In this document: one piece after another, positions 19,052 to 28,805 of the stretch
Numbering within the stretch: position 1 is the first letter of the stretch
Layout of the letters: each line of letters opens with the position of its first letter
From: Pirellulales bacterium
GTDB lineage: Bacteria; Planctomycetota; Planctomycetia; Pirellulales; PALSA-1355
NCBI GenBank assembly: GCA_040877415.1
Contig: JBBDNV010000140.1
Coordinates: 6,157-70,156 of the forward strand
Direction of reading: 5' to 3'
Length of the DNA: 64,000 nucleotides
Translations under genes and position numbers: made by a program
The notes under the pieces: generated by a model
The model's input: the letters and a program-made list of their open reading frames with translations, nothing else
Told to the model about the DNA's origin: nothing
Database searches by the model: none

Positions 19052-20185
19052 TCAATCTCGATCCTCGCCGCTTTTCGGTTTCGGCTTGCGACCGACGCCG
19101 CGCGCCCCGCGGCTGGGCAGCCATCTGCACACGGCGATCCCGCCAAAGTACAGCCCCACCAAGGGCGCCATCATCATCATCATGCTGTACGGATCGCCGC
19201 CCGGGGACAGCACCATCGAAACGATCGCGATCACGAGCACGGCCATGCGCCATTTCGCCAGATACGTCGCTACCGTGAACACGCCAATTCGTTCGAGAAA
19301 CAGCATCACCAGCGGCAATTGAAAGCTGATGCCGAAGCCCAAGGGCAACAGCAGCACGAAGCTGAGCCATTCGCTCAGCCGCGGCCGCATGTCGCTGCCC
19401 AGCGATTTGGCAACGCCGAAAAAGAAACTAAGCACCGGCGGAAAAACCAAAAAGAACGCCATCGCCGCCCCGCACAGAAACAAGCCCACGCTAAACGGCA
19501 GAAACCAGTGTACGTACCGTTTTTCGTGCGGATACAAACCGGCGGCCACGAATTGCCACATGAAATAGAACACCAACGGGCTGGAGATGACGGCACCGGC
19601 CAGAAAGCCCGCCTTCATCCAAATGACGAACGGCTCCTGCACGCCCAAAGCATCCAGTTTCAGCCGCTCGTCGTCGTCCATCGGGCGCCACGTGAAGAGC
19701 CGCAGCATATTCTGCTTCGAGAATCGGCTCGCGGTCGCCGAATCGGTCGATGACGTCTGATTTTTCTTCGGGCCCTTGCCATCGGCGCTGGCCCAAGACG
19801 GTGCGCTCAAATCGATGTCGGAAAACTTGCCCGGATATCTTTTCTTCAGCTCGTCGAGCAACTCGACGGTCGAAAAGTACCTTTCTTCCGGCAACAGGCC
19901 CTGGATGTAAACCAGGTCGCGCACGGCCGGATTGTCCCGCAGCTCGGGCGGCACGCGCGCGTTGACATATTCCATCGCCTCGTCCTGATAGAACCGCGCC
20001 AGCGCCGATTTCAAGGGAGATTCGATCCATCGCACGATATTGCCGGCAAACAGCAATCCCACGCCAAACCCGATGGCCAAGGCCACCACCGCCTTGAAAA
20101 GGCTCGCGCGGAGATCCTCCAGGTGCTCCCCGAACGTCATGGAGGTATGCTTAAATAGATCGTCTTCGTCGTAGGAATCGACCAT
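19052..20185 (-). CDS. tatC: Twin-arginine translocase subunit TatC with an enlarged first periplasmic loop
   Basis: MTFGEHLEDLRASLFK N-terminal signature, six predicted TM segments and LYPHEKRY. It is 377 aa, against about 250 aa for typical TatC. Confidence 0.85.
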   Translation of the reverse strand: MVDSYDEDDLFKHTSMTFGEHLEDLRASLFKAVVALAIGFGVGLLFAGNIVRWIESPLKSALARFYQDEAMEYVNARVPPELRDNPAVRDLVYIQGLLPEERYFSTVELLDELKKRYPGKFSDIDLSAPSWASADGKGPKKNQTSSTDSATASRFSKQNMLRLFTWRPMDDDERLKLDALGVQEPFVIWMKAGFLAGAVISSPLVFYFMWQFVAAGLYPHEKRYVHWFLPFSVGLFLCGAAMAFFLVFPPVLSFFFGVAKSLGSDMRPRLSEWLSFVLLLPLGFGISFQLPLVMLFLERIGVFTVATYLAKWRMAVLVIAIVSMVLSPGGDPYSMMMMMAPLVGLYFGGIAVCRWLPSRGARGVGRKPKPKSGEDRD

Positions 20186-20371
20186 GGGTCACCTCGCAAT
20201 CGGAAAAGGGTGCGTGTTGCGAGGGCAGGGCAGAACGTGCCGTCGAGAGGGTTCACCACGATCATAGCACTGTTTTACCCGCCGGGCAACCGAGCTAGAG
20301 CCGGCTTTGCCGCCGAGCTATAGTTGACGGGCGCCCCCGCCCGAACGCGCGTCTTCCTCCTGAGGTCCCGG

Positions 20372-21340
20372 ATGAGCGTGCTCTATCCGCTGCGCTTCCA
20401 GCCCATCCTGCGTTGTTACATGTGGGGTGGCCGGCGCCTCGAGTCGTTGGGAAAACAGCTAGGGCCGGGCAGCGACTACGCCGAGAGCTGGGAAATCGTC
20501 GACCGCGGCGCCGATCAAAGCGTCGTGACCGCCGGTCCTCTCGCCGGCCGGACGTTGGGCGAGCTGGTGCGCGAGTTTGGCCAACCTCTGCTCGGGCGTC
20601 ATGCCGGCCACCAGCGGTTTCCTTTGCTGTTCAAGTTTCTGGACGCCCAGCAGCGCCTCTCGCTGCAAGTGCATCCCGACGACGCGCACGCCGCCGCGCT
20701 CGATCCACCCGACCTCGGCAAGTCGGAAGCCTGGGTCATCCTCGAGGCCCAACCGCGCAGCTACATTTATGCCGGACTCTTGCGCGGCATCGACCGCGAT
20801 ATGCTCAAGCTCGAAATCGCCCGTCACACCGTCGAATTGTGCTGCGAACGCATCGAGCCCCGCGCGGGCAATTGCTATTTCCTGCCGGCCGGCGTCGTTC
20901 ATGCAATCGGGCCCGGGCTGCTTGTGGCTGAAATTCAAGAGGCCAGCGATACGACGTATCGACTGTACGACTACGACCGCGTCGGTCCCGACGGCCGCAG
21001 GCGCGAGCTGCACGTTGCCCTGGCTCTGGACGCGATCGACTATGACTACGGCCCCGTTGCCGCCCAGCAGCCGCAGCCGACCGACGTCACCGGCGTGGAA
21101 CGGCTCGTGGCTTGTGACCATTTCGTGCTCGACCGGTGGACCCTTTCGGGCCCGCATCGCACGCGTGGCGACGATCGCTGCCACATTCTGGCCGTGCTCG
21201 AGGGAGCCATCGAAGTCGCCGGCGATCCCGTCGGTCAACCGCTCAGTCGCGGCGGTTCGATGCTTGTGCCGGCCGAACTGGGCGCGGTGGACGTGCGGGT
21301 CCGCGATCGGGCCGTTGTCCTGGATGCCTATTTGCCCTGA
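20372..21340 (+). CDS. Type I phosphomannose isomerase family protein
   Basis: MSVLYPLRFQP..YMWGG, LSLQVHPDD and GKSEAWVIL (cupin metal-site motifs). Confidence 0.75.
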   Translation: MSVLYPLRFQPILRCYMWGGRRLESLGKQLGPGSDYAESWEIVDRGADQSVVTAGPLAGRTLGELVREFGQPLLGRHAGHQRFPLLFKFLDAQQRLSLQVHPDDAHAAALDPPDLGKSEAWVILEAQPRSYIYAGLLRGIDRDMLKLEIARHTVELCCERIEPRAGNCYFLPAGVVHAIGPGLLVAEIQEASDTTYRLYDYDRVGPDGRRRELHVALALDAIDYDYGPVAAQQPQPTDVTGVERLVACDHFVLDRWTLSGPHRTRGDDRCHILAVLEGAIEVAGDPVGQPLSRGGSMLVPAELGAVDVRVRDRAVVLDAYLP

Positions 21341-21557
21341 CAAGCGCTTGGATCCGGCTCTGAGCGATTAGCCGTCCCGTTCATTCTCGTGCTGCTACCG
21401 CCTGCTAGCATTGCTTGGGAAAATCGCCCGCGGGCGCGATTCGGCGGGCGACTCGCCTTCATTCGCTGCTGGCGGCCGTCTATAATTCGCCGCCCTTCTA
21501 TGGCATGTCTTGTTAATCGATCTCCGGCTGGTCTCAAGCGGGGAGTGCCGCATCGGC

Positions 21558-21911
21558 ATGATTTGGCGTCTTTCTTGGCTGACGTTGGCGGTGGTGCTGC
21601 CGGCCGGCTGCGCGAGCACGGCGCAGCCCAGGCTGCTGCATCCCGGCACGGCCCAGACACAGCAGCGGCGGGCTGAGGAATTCGATCCCTATCCGCTGCC
21701 GGAGCTGGGCCCGCCGACGGAGGCTCGGCCGCGCGGATTCCTGTTGCCGGCTTCCGACACGGAGCGCGTGCAGAACGCCGACACGTTCGTCGACCGATAC
21801 CGCCAGCCGCCGCCCCCCGGTTTGTATCGTCCGCCGCGTCCGTTTGCGCGGCAATCGGTGCCGCTGGTTCCCGCGCAGCCTTCCCAGGCGCCCGCGGTGT
21901 TCGTGCCGTAG
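21558..21911 (+). CDS. Small Pro-rich lipoprotein (hypothetical)
   Basis: MIWRLSWLTLAVVLPAGC lipobox. It lies directly upstream of rluB on the same strand. Confidence 0.45.
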   Translation: MIWRLSWLTLAVVLPAGCASTAQPRLLHPGTAQTQQRRAEEFDPYPLPELGPPTEARPRGFLLPASDTERVQNADTFVDRYRQPPPPGLYRPPRPFARQSVPLVPAQPSQAPAVFVP

Positions 21912-22030
21912 CGGCGAACGGCCGATTCGCCGGTTTGTGCCGGCAGGCGCGCGTTTTTTGCTCGCCCGCGGGCCGTCGAACGGGGTATCATGACGATGGC
22001 CGTTTTGCCCCCGTTTCACGAGCCCGTCCC

Positions 22031-22882
22031 ATGCCCCGATCCGCCACTCCACAACAACCGCCGGCCGCGGATGCGGCCGCATCGAGCGGCTCGATGCGAT
22101 TGCAAAAGATCTTGGCCGCGTCCGGCTTGGGCAGCCGCCGGCAATGCGAGCAGTTGATCGTCGCCGGCCGCGTCGAAGTCGATCGCCGCGTCGTGACCGA
22201 GCTGGGCGCCAAGGCCGATCCGGCGCATCAGGAGATTCGCGTCGACGGCGTCGGGCTCGCCAAACCAAGGCTCGTGTACTTTGCCGTCAACAAGCCCCCG
22301 GGCGTCGTTTCCACCAGCCGCGATCCGACGGGCCGGCCGCGCGTGATCGACCTGGTGCCGTATCGGGGTCGATTGTTTACCGTCGGCCGGCTCGACATGT
22401 CGAGCGAAGGCTTGATCCTCGTGACCAACGACGGCGCGCTGGCCGACCGCCTGACGCATCCGCGCTACGGCGTGGAAAAGACCTACCAGGTTGAGGTCGC
22501 CGGGACGCTTGTGCGCGAGCAATTCGCCAGGTTGCAGCACGGCGTTCATCTGGCCCAAGGGTTCGCGCGCGTCGTTTCGGCCCGGGTCGTGCGCGTCTAC
22601 CGGCAAAGCACGCAGTTGGAAATCGTGCTGTCCGAGGGGCGCAACCGCGAGATTCGCCGCATCCTGGCCCGCGTGGGACACAAGGTCTTGCGGCTAAGGC
22701 GCATCGCCATCGGGCCGTTGCGGCTGGCCGACTTGCCGCCCGGGCAAGCGCGCCCGCTGGAGCGCGACGAAGTGCGCCGCTTGAAACGATTTGCCCGCGC
22801 CGACTCGCGCCGCTCCGCGGCCGGCCGTCGCACAAAACGGGGCCGCCCGCCCGCCGGGCAGGTTCGATCGTCGAAAACTTAG
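22031..22882 (+). CDS. rluB: Pseudouridine synthase, RsuA/RluB family
   Basis: S4 domain MRLQKILAASGLGSRRQCEQLI, catalytic motif GRLDMSSEGLILVTNDG and a basic C-terminal tail. Confidence 0.85.
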   Translation: MPRSATPQQPPAADAAASSGSMRLQKILAASGLGSRRQCEQLIVAGRVEVDRRVVTELGAKADPAHQEIRVDGVGLAKPRLVYFAVNKPPGVVSTSRDPTGRPRVIDLVPYRGRLFTVGRLDMSSEGLILVTNDGALADRLTHPRYGVEKTYQVEVAGTLVREQFARLQHGVHLAQGFARVVSARVVRVYRQSTQLEIVLSEGRNREIRRILARVGHKVLRLRRIAIGPLRLADLPPGQARPLERDEVRRLKRFARADSRRSAAGRRTKRGRPPAGQVRSSKT

Positions 22883-22915
22883 CGCGCACGAATCCGCGAT
22901 TTTCCCTCGAGCACC

Positions 22916-24793
22916 ATGTCCACGATTCCCGAACTGCTCCGCTCGGCCGTCCAACTGCACAAAGGCGGCCAGTTCGACCAGGCGCGACGGATTTACGAGC
23001 AGTTGCTCGAGCTCGATCCGAACCATGCCGATGCGCTGAACCTGCTCGGCTTGATCGGCTGGCAGACCGGCCAATATGCCCGGGCCGTCGAGCACTTGCG
23101 CAAGGCCATCCAAATCGACAATACGCAGGCCGCGTTTTTCGCCAACCTGGGCGAAGCGTATCGCGGTTTGCAAAGATTCGACGAGGCCATCGAGAATTAC
23201 CAACAGGCCATCCGCCTCGAACCCTCCGTCGCCGTTGCGCACCTCAAATTGGCGACGTTGTTCGAGCGGACCGGGCGCGTCGACCGCGCAATCGACAGCT
23301 ACGAGCGCGCTTTGCAACTCGAGCCACGCCGTCTGGAAACGCTCGTTCGCCTGGGGGGCGTGCGCAAGCAACAGGGCAATCTGGCCGCCGCCGGGGATTG
23401 TTACCGCCGGGCCATCCTCGCGCACCCGGCCTCGGCCCTGGCGCATTTCGAAATGGGGAACGTCTGCCAGGTGCAAGGCCGACTGGACGACGCGATCGCC
23501 AGCTATCGCCAGGCCATCGCTTTCCAGTCGGGCTATGCCGAAGCCGAGTGCAACCTGGGCAATGCGTTGCGCGAGCGGGGGCGGCTTTCCGAGGCGCTGG
23601 CGCACTTGCAGCACGCGGCCGCACAGCGCCCCGACATGGCGCCCGTCCACAGCAACCTGGGTGTCGTGCTGCAAGACTTGGGGCGGCTCGACGAAGCACG
23701 CTCCTGCCTCGAGCGCGCGCTGGAGCTCGAGCCCGCTCGTGCCGAGTTTCTTTTCAACATGGGAACCATCTTGAAAGATCAGGCCCGAGTGGAAGAGGCC
23801 ATCGAATGGCACGATCGCGCGCTCGAGGCTCAGCCCGACTTTCGCCAGGCGCTTTGCGGCCGTGGCACGGCCCTTTTGAGCCTCGGCCGATTCGCCGAAG
23901 GCTGGGCCGGTTACGAGTACCGCGTCGGTTGTCCACTTTACGATACGCTCCGGTTCCCGCAGCCGCTCTGGGACGGCTCGCCGCTGGCGGGCCGCCGGCT
24001 GCTCGTCCATTGCGAGCAGGGACTCGGCGATACGATGCAGTTCATTCGCTATCTGCCGCTCGTGCGCAAGCGGGTCCAAAACGTAACCGTAGCCGCCCGC
24101 GCGTCGCTCGTGCCCCTGCTGGAGCAGTCGGGCTACTCGCCGTTGGTGGCCCGCGACGGGCCGCTGCCGCCGTTCGACGTGCACGCGCCCTTGATGAGCC
24201 TGCCCGGCATCTTCGGCACGCAAGTCGACAGCGTGCCGGCCGCTGTGCCGTATCTTTCGGTCGATCAGTCCCGCGTGGACCGCCTGCGCGCGGAGCTGCA
24301 AAAATATCCCGGCTTCAAGGTCGGCATCGCCTGGCAGGGCCGCCCGAATTTTCGCGGCGACCTGCTGCGTTCGATTCCCTTGGAGCGCTTCGCGCCGTTG
24401 GCGCAAGTCGAGGGCGTGCGATTGCTCAGTCTGCAGAAAGGTCCCGGCGCCCAACAGATCTCCGCGCTGGCCGGCCGTTTCGAATTCGTCGACCTGGCCC
24501 CCGCGCTCGACAATGACGGGGCGTTTTTGGACACCGCGGCCGTGATCCAGTGCCTCGATCTGGTGATCTCCTCCGACACGGCCGTTGCGCACCTGGCCGG
24601 GGCCCTCGGCGCGCGCGTCTGGGTGGCCTTGTCGGCGGCTCCCGACTGGCGCTGGATGTACGGCCGCGACGACAGCCCCTGGTATCCCACCCTGCGCCTA
24701 TTTCGCCAGAGCAAATTGGGCGAGTGGCCCGACGTGTTCGAACGCATGGCGGGCGAGCTAAGAAAACTCGCCGCGGGCTCTTCCGCGCCGTAA
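22916..24793 (+). CDS. TPR-repeat protein with a C-terminal glycosyltransferase family 9-like domain
   Basis: About 9 TPR units (AxxxYxxAL pattern) followed by GLGDTMQFIRYLPLV ... VISSDTAVAHLAGALG (heptosyltransferase-like fold). Confidence 0.75.
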   Translation: MSTIPELLRSAVQLHKGGQFDQARRIYEQLLELDPNHADALNLLGLIGWQTGQYARAVEHLRKAIQIDNTQAAFFANLGEAYRGLQRFDEAIENYQQAIRLEPSVAVAHLKLATLFERTGRVDRAIDSYERALQLEPRRLETLVRLGGVRKQQGNLAAAGDCYRRAILAHPASALAHFEMGNVCQVQGRLDDAIASYRQAIAFQSGYAEAECNLGNALRERGRLSEALAHLQHAAAQRPDMAPVHSNLGVVLQDLGRLDEARSCLERALELEPARAEFLFNMGTILKDQARVEEAIEWHDRALEAQPDFRQALCGRGTALLSLGRFAEGWAGYEYRVGCPLYDTLRFPQPLWDGSPLAGRRLLVHCEQGLGDTMQFIRYLPLVRKRVQNVTVAARASLVPLLEQSGYSPLVARDGPLPPFDVHAPLMSLPGIFGTQVDSVPAAVPYLSVDQSRVDRLRAELQKYPGFKVGIAWQGRPNFRGDLLRSIPLERFAPLAQVEGVRLLSLQKGPGAQQISALAGRFEFVDLAPALDNDGAFLDTAAVIQCLDLVISSDTAVAHLAGALGARVWVALSAAPDWRWMYGRDDSPWYPTLRLFRQSKLGEWPDVFERMAGELRKLAAGSSAP

Positions 24794-24800
24794 ACGAGCA

Positions 24801-25376
24801 TTAACCGGTTCTGCGCCGGCGCCGCAGCCCGATCAACACGACCAGGCCCACGCTGAGCAACACGATCGTGCTGGGCTCAGGAACCTCGGTAACGGGCGAG
24901 AAGCTCAGCCAGGCGCCGCCAGCTGTCAGGCCCTCCGTGACCCGAATCGTGAACTGGTGGGTACCCGCCGTCAGGAGATATTCGTCCAACTCGCCGTGGA
25001 AGAAGCCGGAGTCGTCGAAGAAGGAATTGTCCCACGCCACCGGCGAGTCGTCGGCCCAAAGCTCGAACACGTCACCGGGCACGAAACCGTCGAGCGCTAC
25101 CGCGTCCACCGTCGAGAGTGTCCCGACGGTCAACTCATAAATCGGGTCAAAAGTAGGTGGACCGCCGTCGGGGCTGCCAATGCTACTGATGAACACCGGC
25201 AGCTCCTCGCCGCCCCAGTAGAAACGCTGGTCGATCTCCACGGCGTCGAGGCCGGTGAGCGGATCGACGACAAGGGGTTCGGCCTGACAAGCGGCCGAGG
25301 TGAACCAGCCGACTAAGAAAAGAGCACAGATGGTTGTAGCCGTGATCCGTCGAAAGCCCGATGCATGAGTATTCAT
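24801..25376 (-). CDS. PEP-CTERM sorting-domain protein
   Basis: Signal peptide plus C-terminal VPEPSTIVLLSVGLVVLIGLRRRRR. Confidence 0.8.
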   Translation of the reverse strand: MNTHASGFRRITATTICALFLVGWFTSAACQAEPLVVDPLTGLDAVEIDQRFYWGGEELPVFISSIGSPDGGPPTFDPIYELTVGTLSTVDAVALDGFVPGDVFELWADDSPVAWDNSFFDDSGFFHGELDEYLLTAGTHQFTIRVTEGLTAGGAWLSFSPVTEVPEPSTIVLLSVGLVVLIGLRRRRRTG

Positions 25377-25656
25377 AGGTGATGGCCCTTAACCCTAGAG
25401 AATTCCTGGACGAGAGACCCAAAGCCGAACTCCAGCGACATGAGTGTCACTGGACAGCAAGGTTCAGCTTCACGAGCGGGCCTTCAGGATTAAGGGAAAG
25501 GCGGGATTTCCCGATGACGGACAAACGGTCATTTTGGCTCACCGGTCGCCAAAGTCAAGGGTTGAACCGAAAAAAATCTGGAAAAAATCAGCCGGCCGCA
25601 CATCCGCGCCTCGCATGGCTGGCTCCTTCCTGAAATGGCCAGCCAACCAGTCTAAA

Positions 25657-25699
25657 AAGTGTCACCCATGTCTCCGAACAAGTGTTACCCATGTCCCCG
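25657..25699. repeat. Imperfect tandem direct repeat (2 x 20 nt, period 23)
   Basis: AAGTGTCACCCATGTCTCCG aac AAGTGTTACCCATGTCCCCG, 18/20 identical, in a lower-GC divergent intergenic region. Confidence 0.7.
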
Positions 25700-25760
25700 G
25701 TCCATTCACAAAGCCGCGGGCTAATCTCGGGGCTGGTGTGCGAGAATCGGCGCCGCTACG

Positions 25761-26681
25761 ATGAGCCGAAATCATCCATCCCGCGCGAATGCTCGCACGC
25801 CTGCCGTGACCAATCCGCTCGACGCCGCACACTATGCCGATCGCGCCTGCCACGAGCGCGTCCGCGTGCTCGAAAACGTGAGAATCGCCCGCGATACCTA
25901 CCGCGTGCGGTTCGCATGCCAGGCGCTTGCGCGGCGGATCGTGCCGGGACAGTTTCTGATGGTGCGGCTGGCCGATTGCGACGATCCGCTCCTGGGCCGT
26001 GCGCTGGCGCTGTACGACACCGTGCTGGCCGAAGCTGCGCGCGGGGAGCCCACGGGCCTCGACATCGTCTATCTGGTGATGGGCAAAATGACGAGCCGGT
26101 TGGCCCGGCTGACGCCCGGCGCCGAGTTGGAAGTATGCGGCCCCCTGGGCAACGGTTTTCCACCGCAGCAGACCGAGCACCTGATCATGGTGGCCGGCGG
26201 GATCGGCCAAACGCCGTTTCCGGCGCTCGCGCGCGAGCATTTGGGAGGTCGCCAGTACGGCGTTCCGCCGCGCCGCGTGGCGCCCGTCAAACGCGTCACG
26301 CTCTGTTACGGGGCCCGCACCAAGGAGTATCTGGCCGGCATCGACGACTTCCGGCGGCTGGGAGTCGAGGTTTCCCTCAGTACCGACGACGGCACGGCGG
26401 GGCATCACGGTCTGGTGACCGAAGTGCTCCAAGACGTTTTAGACGATTCGCCCGAGGCCCGCGTCGTGTGCTGCGGGCCCGAGCCGATGATGGAGGCTGT
26501 CGCGCGATTGACGGCCGCGCGCGGGATTCCCTGCCAGGTTTCGCTGGAGACGCCGATGGCCTGCGGCATCGGCATCTGTTTCAGTTGCGTGGCCCGGGTG
26601 CGCGATGATCGCGGCGGCTGGGACTATCGCCGCACCTGCGTCGAGGGGCCGGTCTTCGACGCCCGCCACATCGAGTGGTGA
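25761..26681 (+). CDS. pyrK: Dihydroorotate dehydrogenase (type 1B) electron-transfer subunit-like ferredoxin reductase
   Basis: FAD/NAD-binding barrel (PGQFLMVRL, MVAGGIGQTP) and C-terminal 2Fe-2S motif CGIGICFSC. Confidence 0.8.
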   Translation: MSRNHPSRANARTPAVTNPLDAAHYADRACHERVRVLENVRIARDTYRVRFACQALARRIVPGQFLMVRLADCDDPLLGRALALYDTVLAEAARGEPTGLDIVYLVMGKMTSRLARLTPGAELEVCGPLGNGFPPQQTEHLIMVAGGIGQTPFPALAREHLGGRQYGVPPRRVAPVKRVTLCYGARTKEYLAGIDDFRRLGVEVSLSTDDGTAGHHGLVTEVLQDVLDDSPEARVVCCGPEPMMEAVARLTAARGIPCQVSLETPMACGIGICFSCVARVRDDRGGWDYRRTCVEGPVFDARHIEW

Positions 26682-26742
26682 AAAAAGGGATAAATCCAAT
26701 GATCGCGGTCAAAATTGGACTTATCCAGTTCTCCCTTTTTTT
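26681..26742. terminator. AT-rich bidirectional terminator-like hairpin
   Basis: AAAAAAGGGATAAATCCAAT ... ATTGGACTTATCC ... TCCCTTTTTTT lies between convergent pyrK and rpsT, with an A-tract on one side and a T-tract on the other. Confidence 0.5.
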
Positions 26743-26761
26743 GGCGCCGGCGCGGCGGGGC

Positions 26762-27031
26762 TTACTTCCCCTTGCCGGCCTTCAGCGCGGCCGAGAGTCG
26801 CGACTTGACGCGCGCGGCCAGATTGGCGTGGACGACGCCAGCGGCCGCCGCCTTGTCGAGGCGTTTGGCTGCCAGGCGGAATTCGGTCTCGCCGGTCGTG
26901 ACGTCGCCGGCGGCGACTGCTTCGCGAACCTTGCGGACTTGCGTCCTGACGGCGCTTTTGACCGAGCGGTTGCGGGCGCGGCGCGCCAGATTTTGGCGGA
27001 GGCGTTTCTTGGCGCTGTTGCTGTTGGGCAT
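26762..27031 (-). CDS. rpsT: 30S ribosomal protein S20
   Basis: MPNSNSAKKRLRQNLARRARNRSVKS; 89 aa. Confidence 0.95.
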   Translation of the reverse strand: MPNSNSAKKRLRQNLARRARNRSVKSAVRTQVRKVREAVAAGDVTTGETEFRLAAKRLDKAAAAGVVHANLAARVKSRLSAALKAGKGK

Positions 27032-27113
27032 GGCAAATCTCGGGAAGTCGTGCCGGCGGAAGGTTTCAAAGTCAGTGCGCCCAACGCGACGGAAACCTTG
27101 GGCGGCCAGAGAA

Positions 27114-28556
27114 TCACCCTTTATTACGAATTTTGGTGATCCTGTCCAGTAGTTGTGGCACGTCTTTGTAACTGAATTCGAGGCTGGCCAGTTCGTTCAG
27201 GTGTTTTTCGGCCCGGTCCAGCTCGTCCGATGCGTGCGGTTGCTTGGCGGCCAGGTCTTTTTCCGCTAGCGCCAGCGCCAGCCTGCCGGCCAGGTACAGA
27301 GCCCACTTGCGGTCGTCGACCTCGCGCGCGGAGAGCGCCTCGAGCGACGCCTCATAGTTCTGCATCGCCAGCTTATACTGCTTGATGGCTTGAAAGCACT
27401 CGCCGAGCCCCAGGTGTACCTTGGCCTTGGTCTTGGGATCGCCGGTGGCCCCCTGAAAGCTGCCGATGGCCTCCTGGAATTGCTCCGCCTTTTTCAACCG
27501 CGTCGCCAGCTCGAACTTGTGGCGCAGGTTGTTCGGATAGCGCTCGCTGCGGTTGCGATAGACGTCCAGCTCGGCGGAATTCAACTCCTTCTTCATCTTC
27601 CGGTACAGCGTGACCGCCTCGGGCGTCCGCTCTTTTCCCGCCTTTGATTTGGCCACCGAAAGCTGCGCGCGGGCGGTGCGCAGTTGCGAATCTTCCAGGC
27701 GTTCGCGCACCATCACGTCGCCGCCCGACGCTTCCAGCCCCTTGCGCAGCACCTCTTCGGCTTGCTGGTAGCGTTCTTCGCGGGTGTGCAGGTCGGCCAG
27801 CTCGAAATACAACCCGATGTCCTCGGGCTTTTTGGCGATGGCCCGTTCCAGGCGTTGAACCGGGGTGAAGCGGGATTCTTTGTCGGTGAGCTCTTCGAGC
27901 TTGTCCTTGTCGGCTCGCCCGGCCTGGCTGCCTTCGGCTTCCTCGTATTTTCCGGAGGAGATTGTTTTTTCGATGGCCAAATCGGCCACGGCCCGGCCGG
28001 CCTCTTCGTCGCCCGGCCTGGCCTGCTCGACGCGATGCCAACAGGCGATGGCCTGGTCGAAGTGACCCAATGCGGCCAGCGCCCGGCCGCACTTGCGATT
28101 CACTTCGGCATCCTTCGGGTTGACGTCGAGCGCCTGCTTGAGATAGGTGAGCTGGGCCTCGTCGAAATGCAGCTCACCGGCGGCGTCGGCCATGGCCGAA
28201 AGCGTCATGATGTCCCAGGGATGGAGCTTCAAGACGTCCCAGCCTTTTTCCAGCACGGCGCTCCAGTCCTTGGAATACTGCGATTTCTTCACGACCCCCT
28301 GCAGCACCTTGAACTTCGGCGCGCTGGTAAAGCCCGCGCCCTTTTTGTTGTCGTTGTATCTCTTGCCCAGGCTCGCCAGGTACTGCTTGATGTAAATGCC
28401 GTTGGCCGGGTCGCCCTTGACGCAGGTGTCGAACATGTCGGCGGCGTAATCGAAATTGGCGGTCGCCGCGCTTTTGCACCCGTGCTCGAAACACTGCTGC
28501 AAGCGCCGCCGGATGGCCGGCGGAAGCGGCTGGCGGCCTGGAGTTTCGGTGGCCAT
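27114..28556 (-). CDS. TPR-repeat protein
   Basis: 480 aa with repeated TPR-like helices (e.g. ALDVNPKDAEVNRKCGRALAALGHFDQAIACW). Confidence 0.7.
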   Translation of the reverse strand: MATETPGRQPLPPAIRRRLQQCFEHGCKSAATANFDYAADMFDTCVKGDPANGIYIKQYLASLGKRYNDNKKGAGFTSAPKFKVLQGVVKKSQYSKDWSAVLEKGWDVLKLHPWDIMTLSAMADAAGELHFDEAQLTYLKQALDVNPKDAEVNRKCGRALAALGHFDQAIACWHRVEQARPGDEEAGRAVADLAIEKTISSGKYEEAEGSQAGRADKDKLEELTDKESRFTPVQRLERAIAKKPEDIGLYFELADLHTREERYQQAEEVLRKGLEASGGDVMVRERLEDSQLRTARAQLSVAKSKAGKERTPEAVTLYRKMKKELNSAELDVYRNRSERYPNNLRHKFELATRLKKAEQFQEAIGSFQGATGDPKTKAKVHLGLGECFQAIKQYKLAMQNYEASLEALSAREVDDRKWALYLAGRLALALAEKDLAAKQPHASDELDRAEKHLNELASLEFSYKDVPQLLDRITKIRNKG

Positions 28557-28805
28557 CGATGGCGTGGGGGTTCGACAGGTTCGGTTTTTTTGTACCTTTC
28601 AGGGCGCGCTAAAACCGACGATAATAGATCATTCCGCGAGCGCCTCGCAACCCTTTATTTTACTCGCGCCCGCGCGGCGAAACAACGCGCCGCGGCCGCA
28701 CGCGACTCGCGCAACCGTCAGCCCGTCGCGGCCACCCGCCCTTGCCCGGCGCGCAGGGTGCGTGGATTTGAAAAGCAAGCCGGCAAGCCGACCAACGAAC
28801 GCCCC

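Noticed and set aside
22694-24592. Very long antisense ORFs opposite real genes. Examples are 22694..24592(-), 42429..44264(-), 58579..60540(-), 60933..62813(-), 4077..5957(-), 5711..7219(-), 40712..41842(+) and 16147..17427(+).
   Set aside because: Their products are Arg/Gly/Ala/Pro-rich low-complexity strings with no motifs. Each lies opposite a gene with clear family signatures. High GC3 genomes generate stop-free antisense frames routinely.
25379-25764. ORFs 25379..25633 and 25444..25764 in the PEP-CTERM/pyrK divergent spacer. Similar intergenic ORFs are 13261..13467, 57863..58105 and 52105..52533.
   Set aside because: They have poor codon bias for this genome (lower GC3), no ribosome-binding site, no motifs and overlapping alternative frames. 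They are more likely promoter or UTR sequence.
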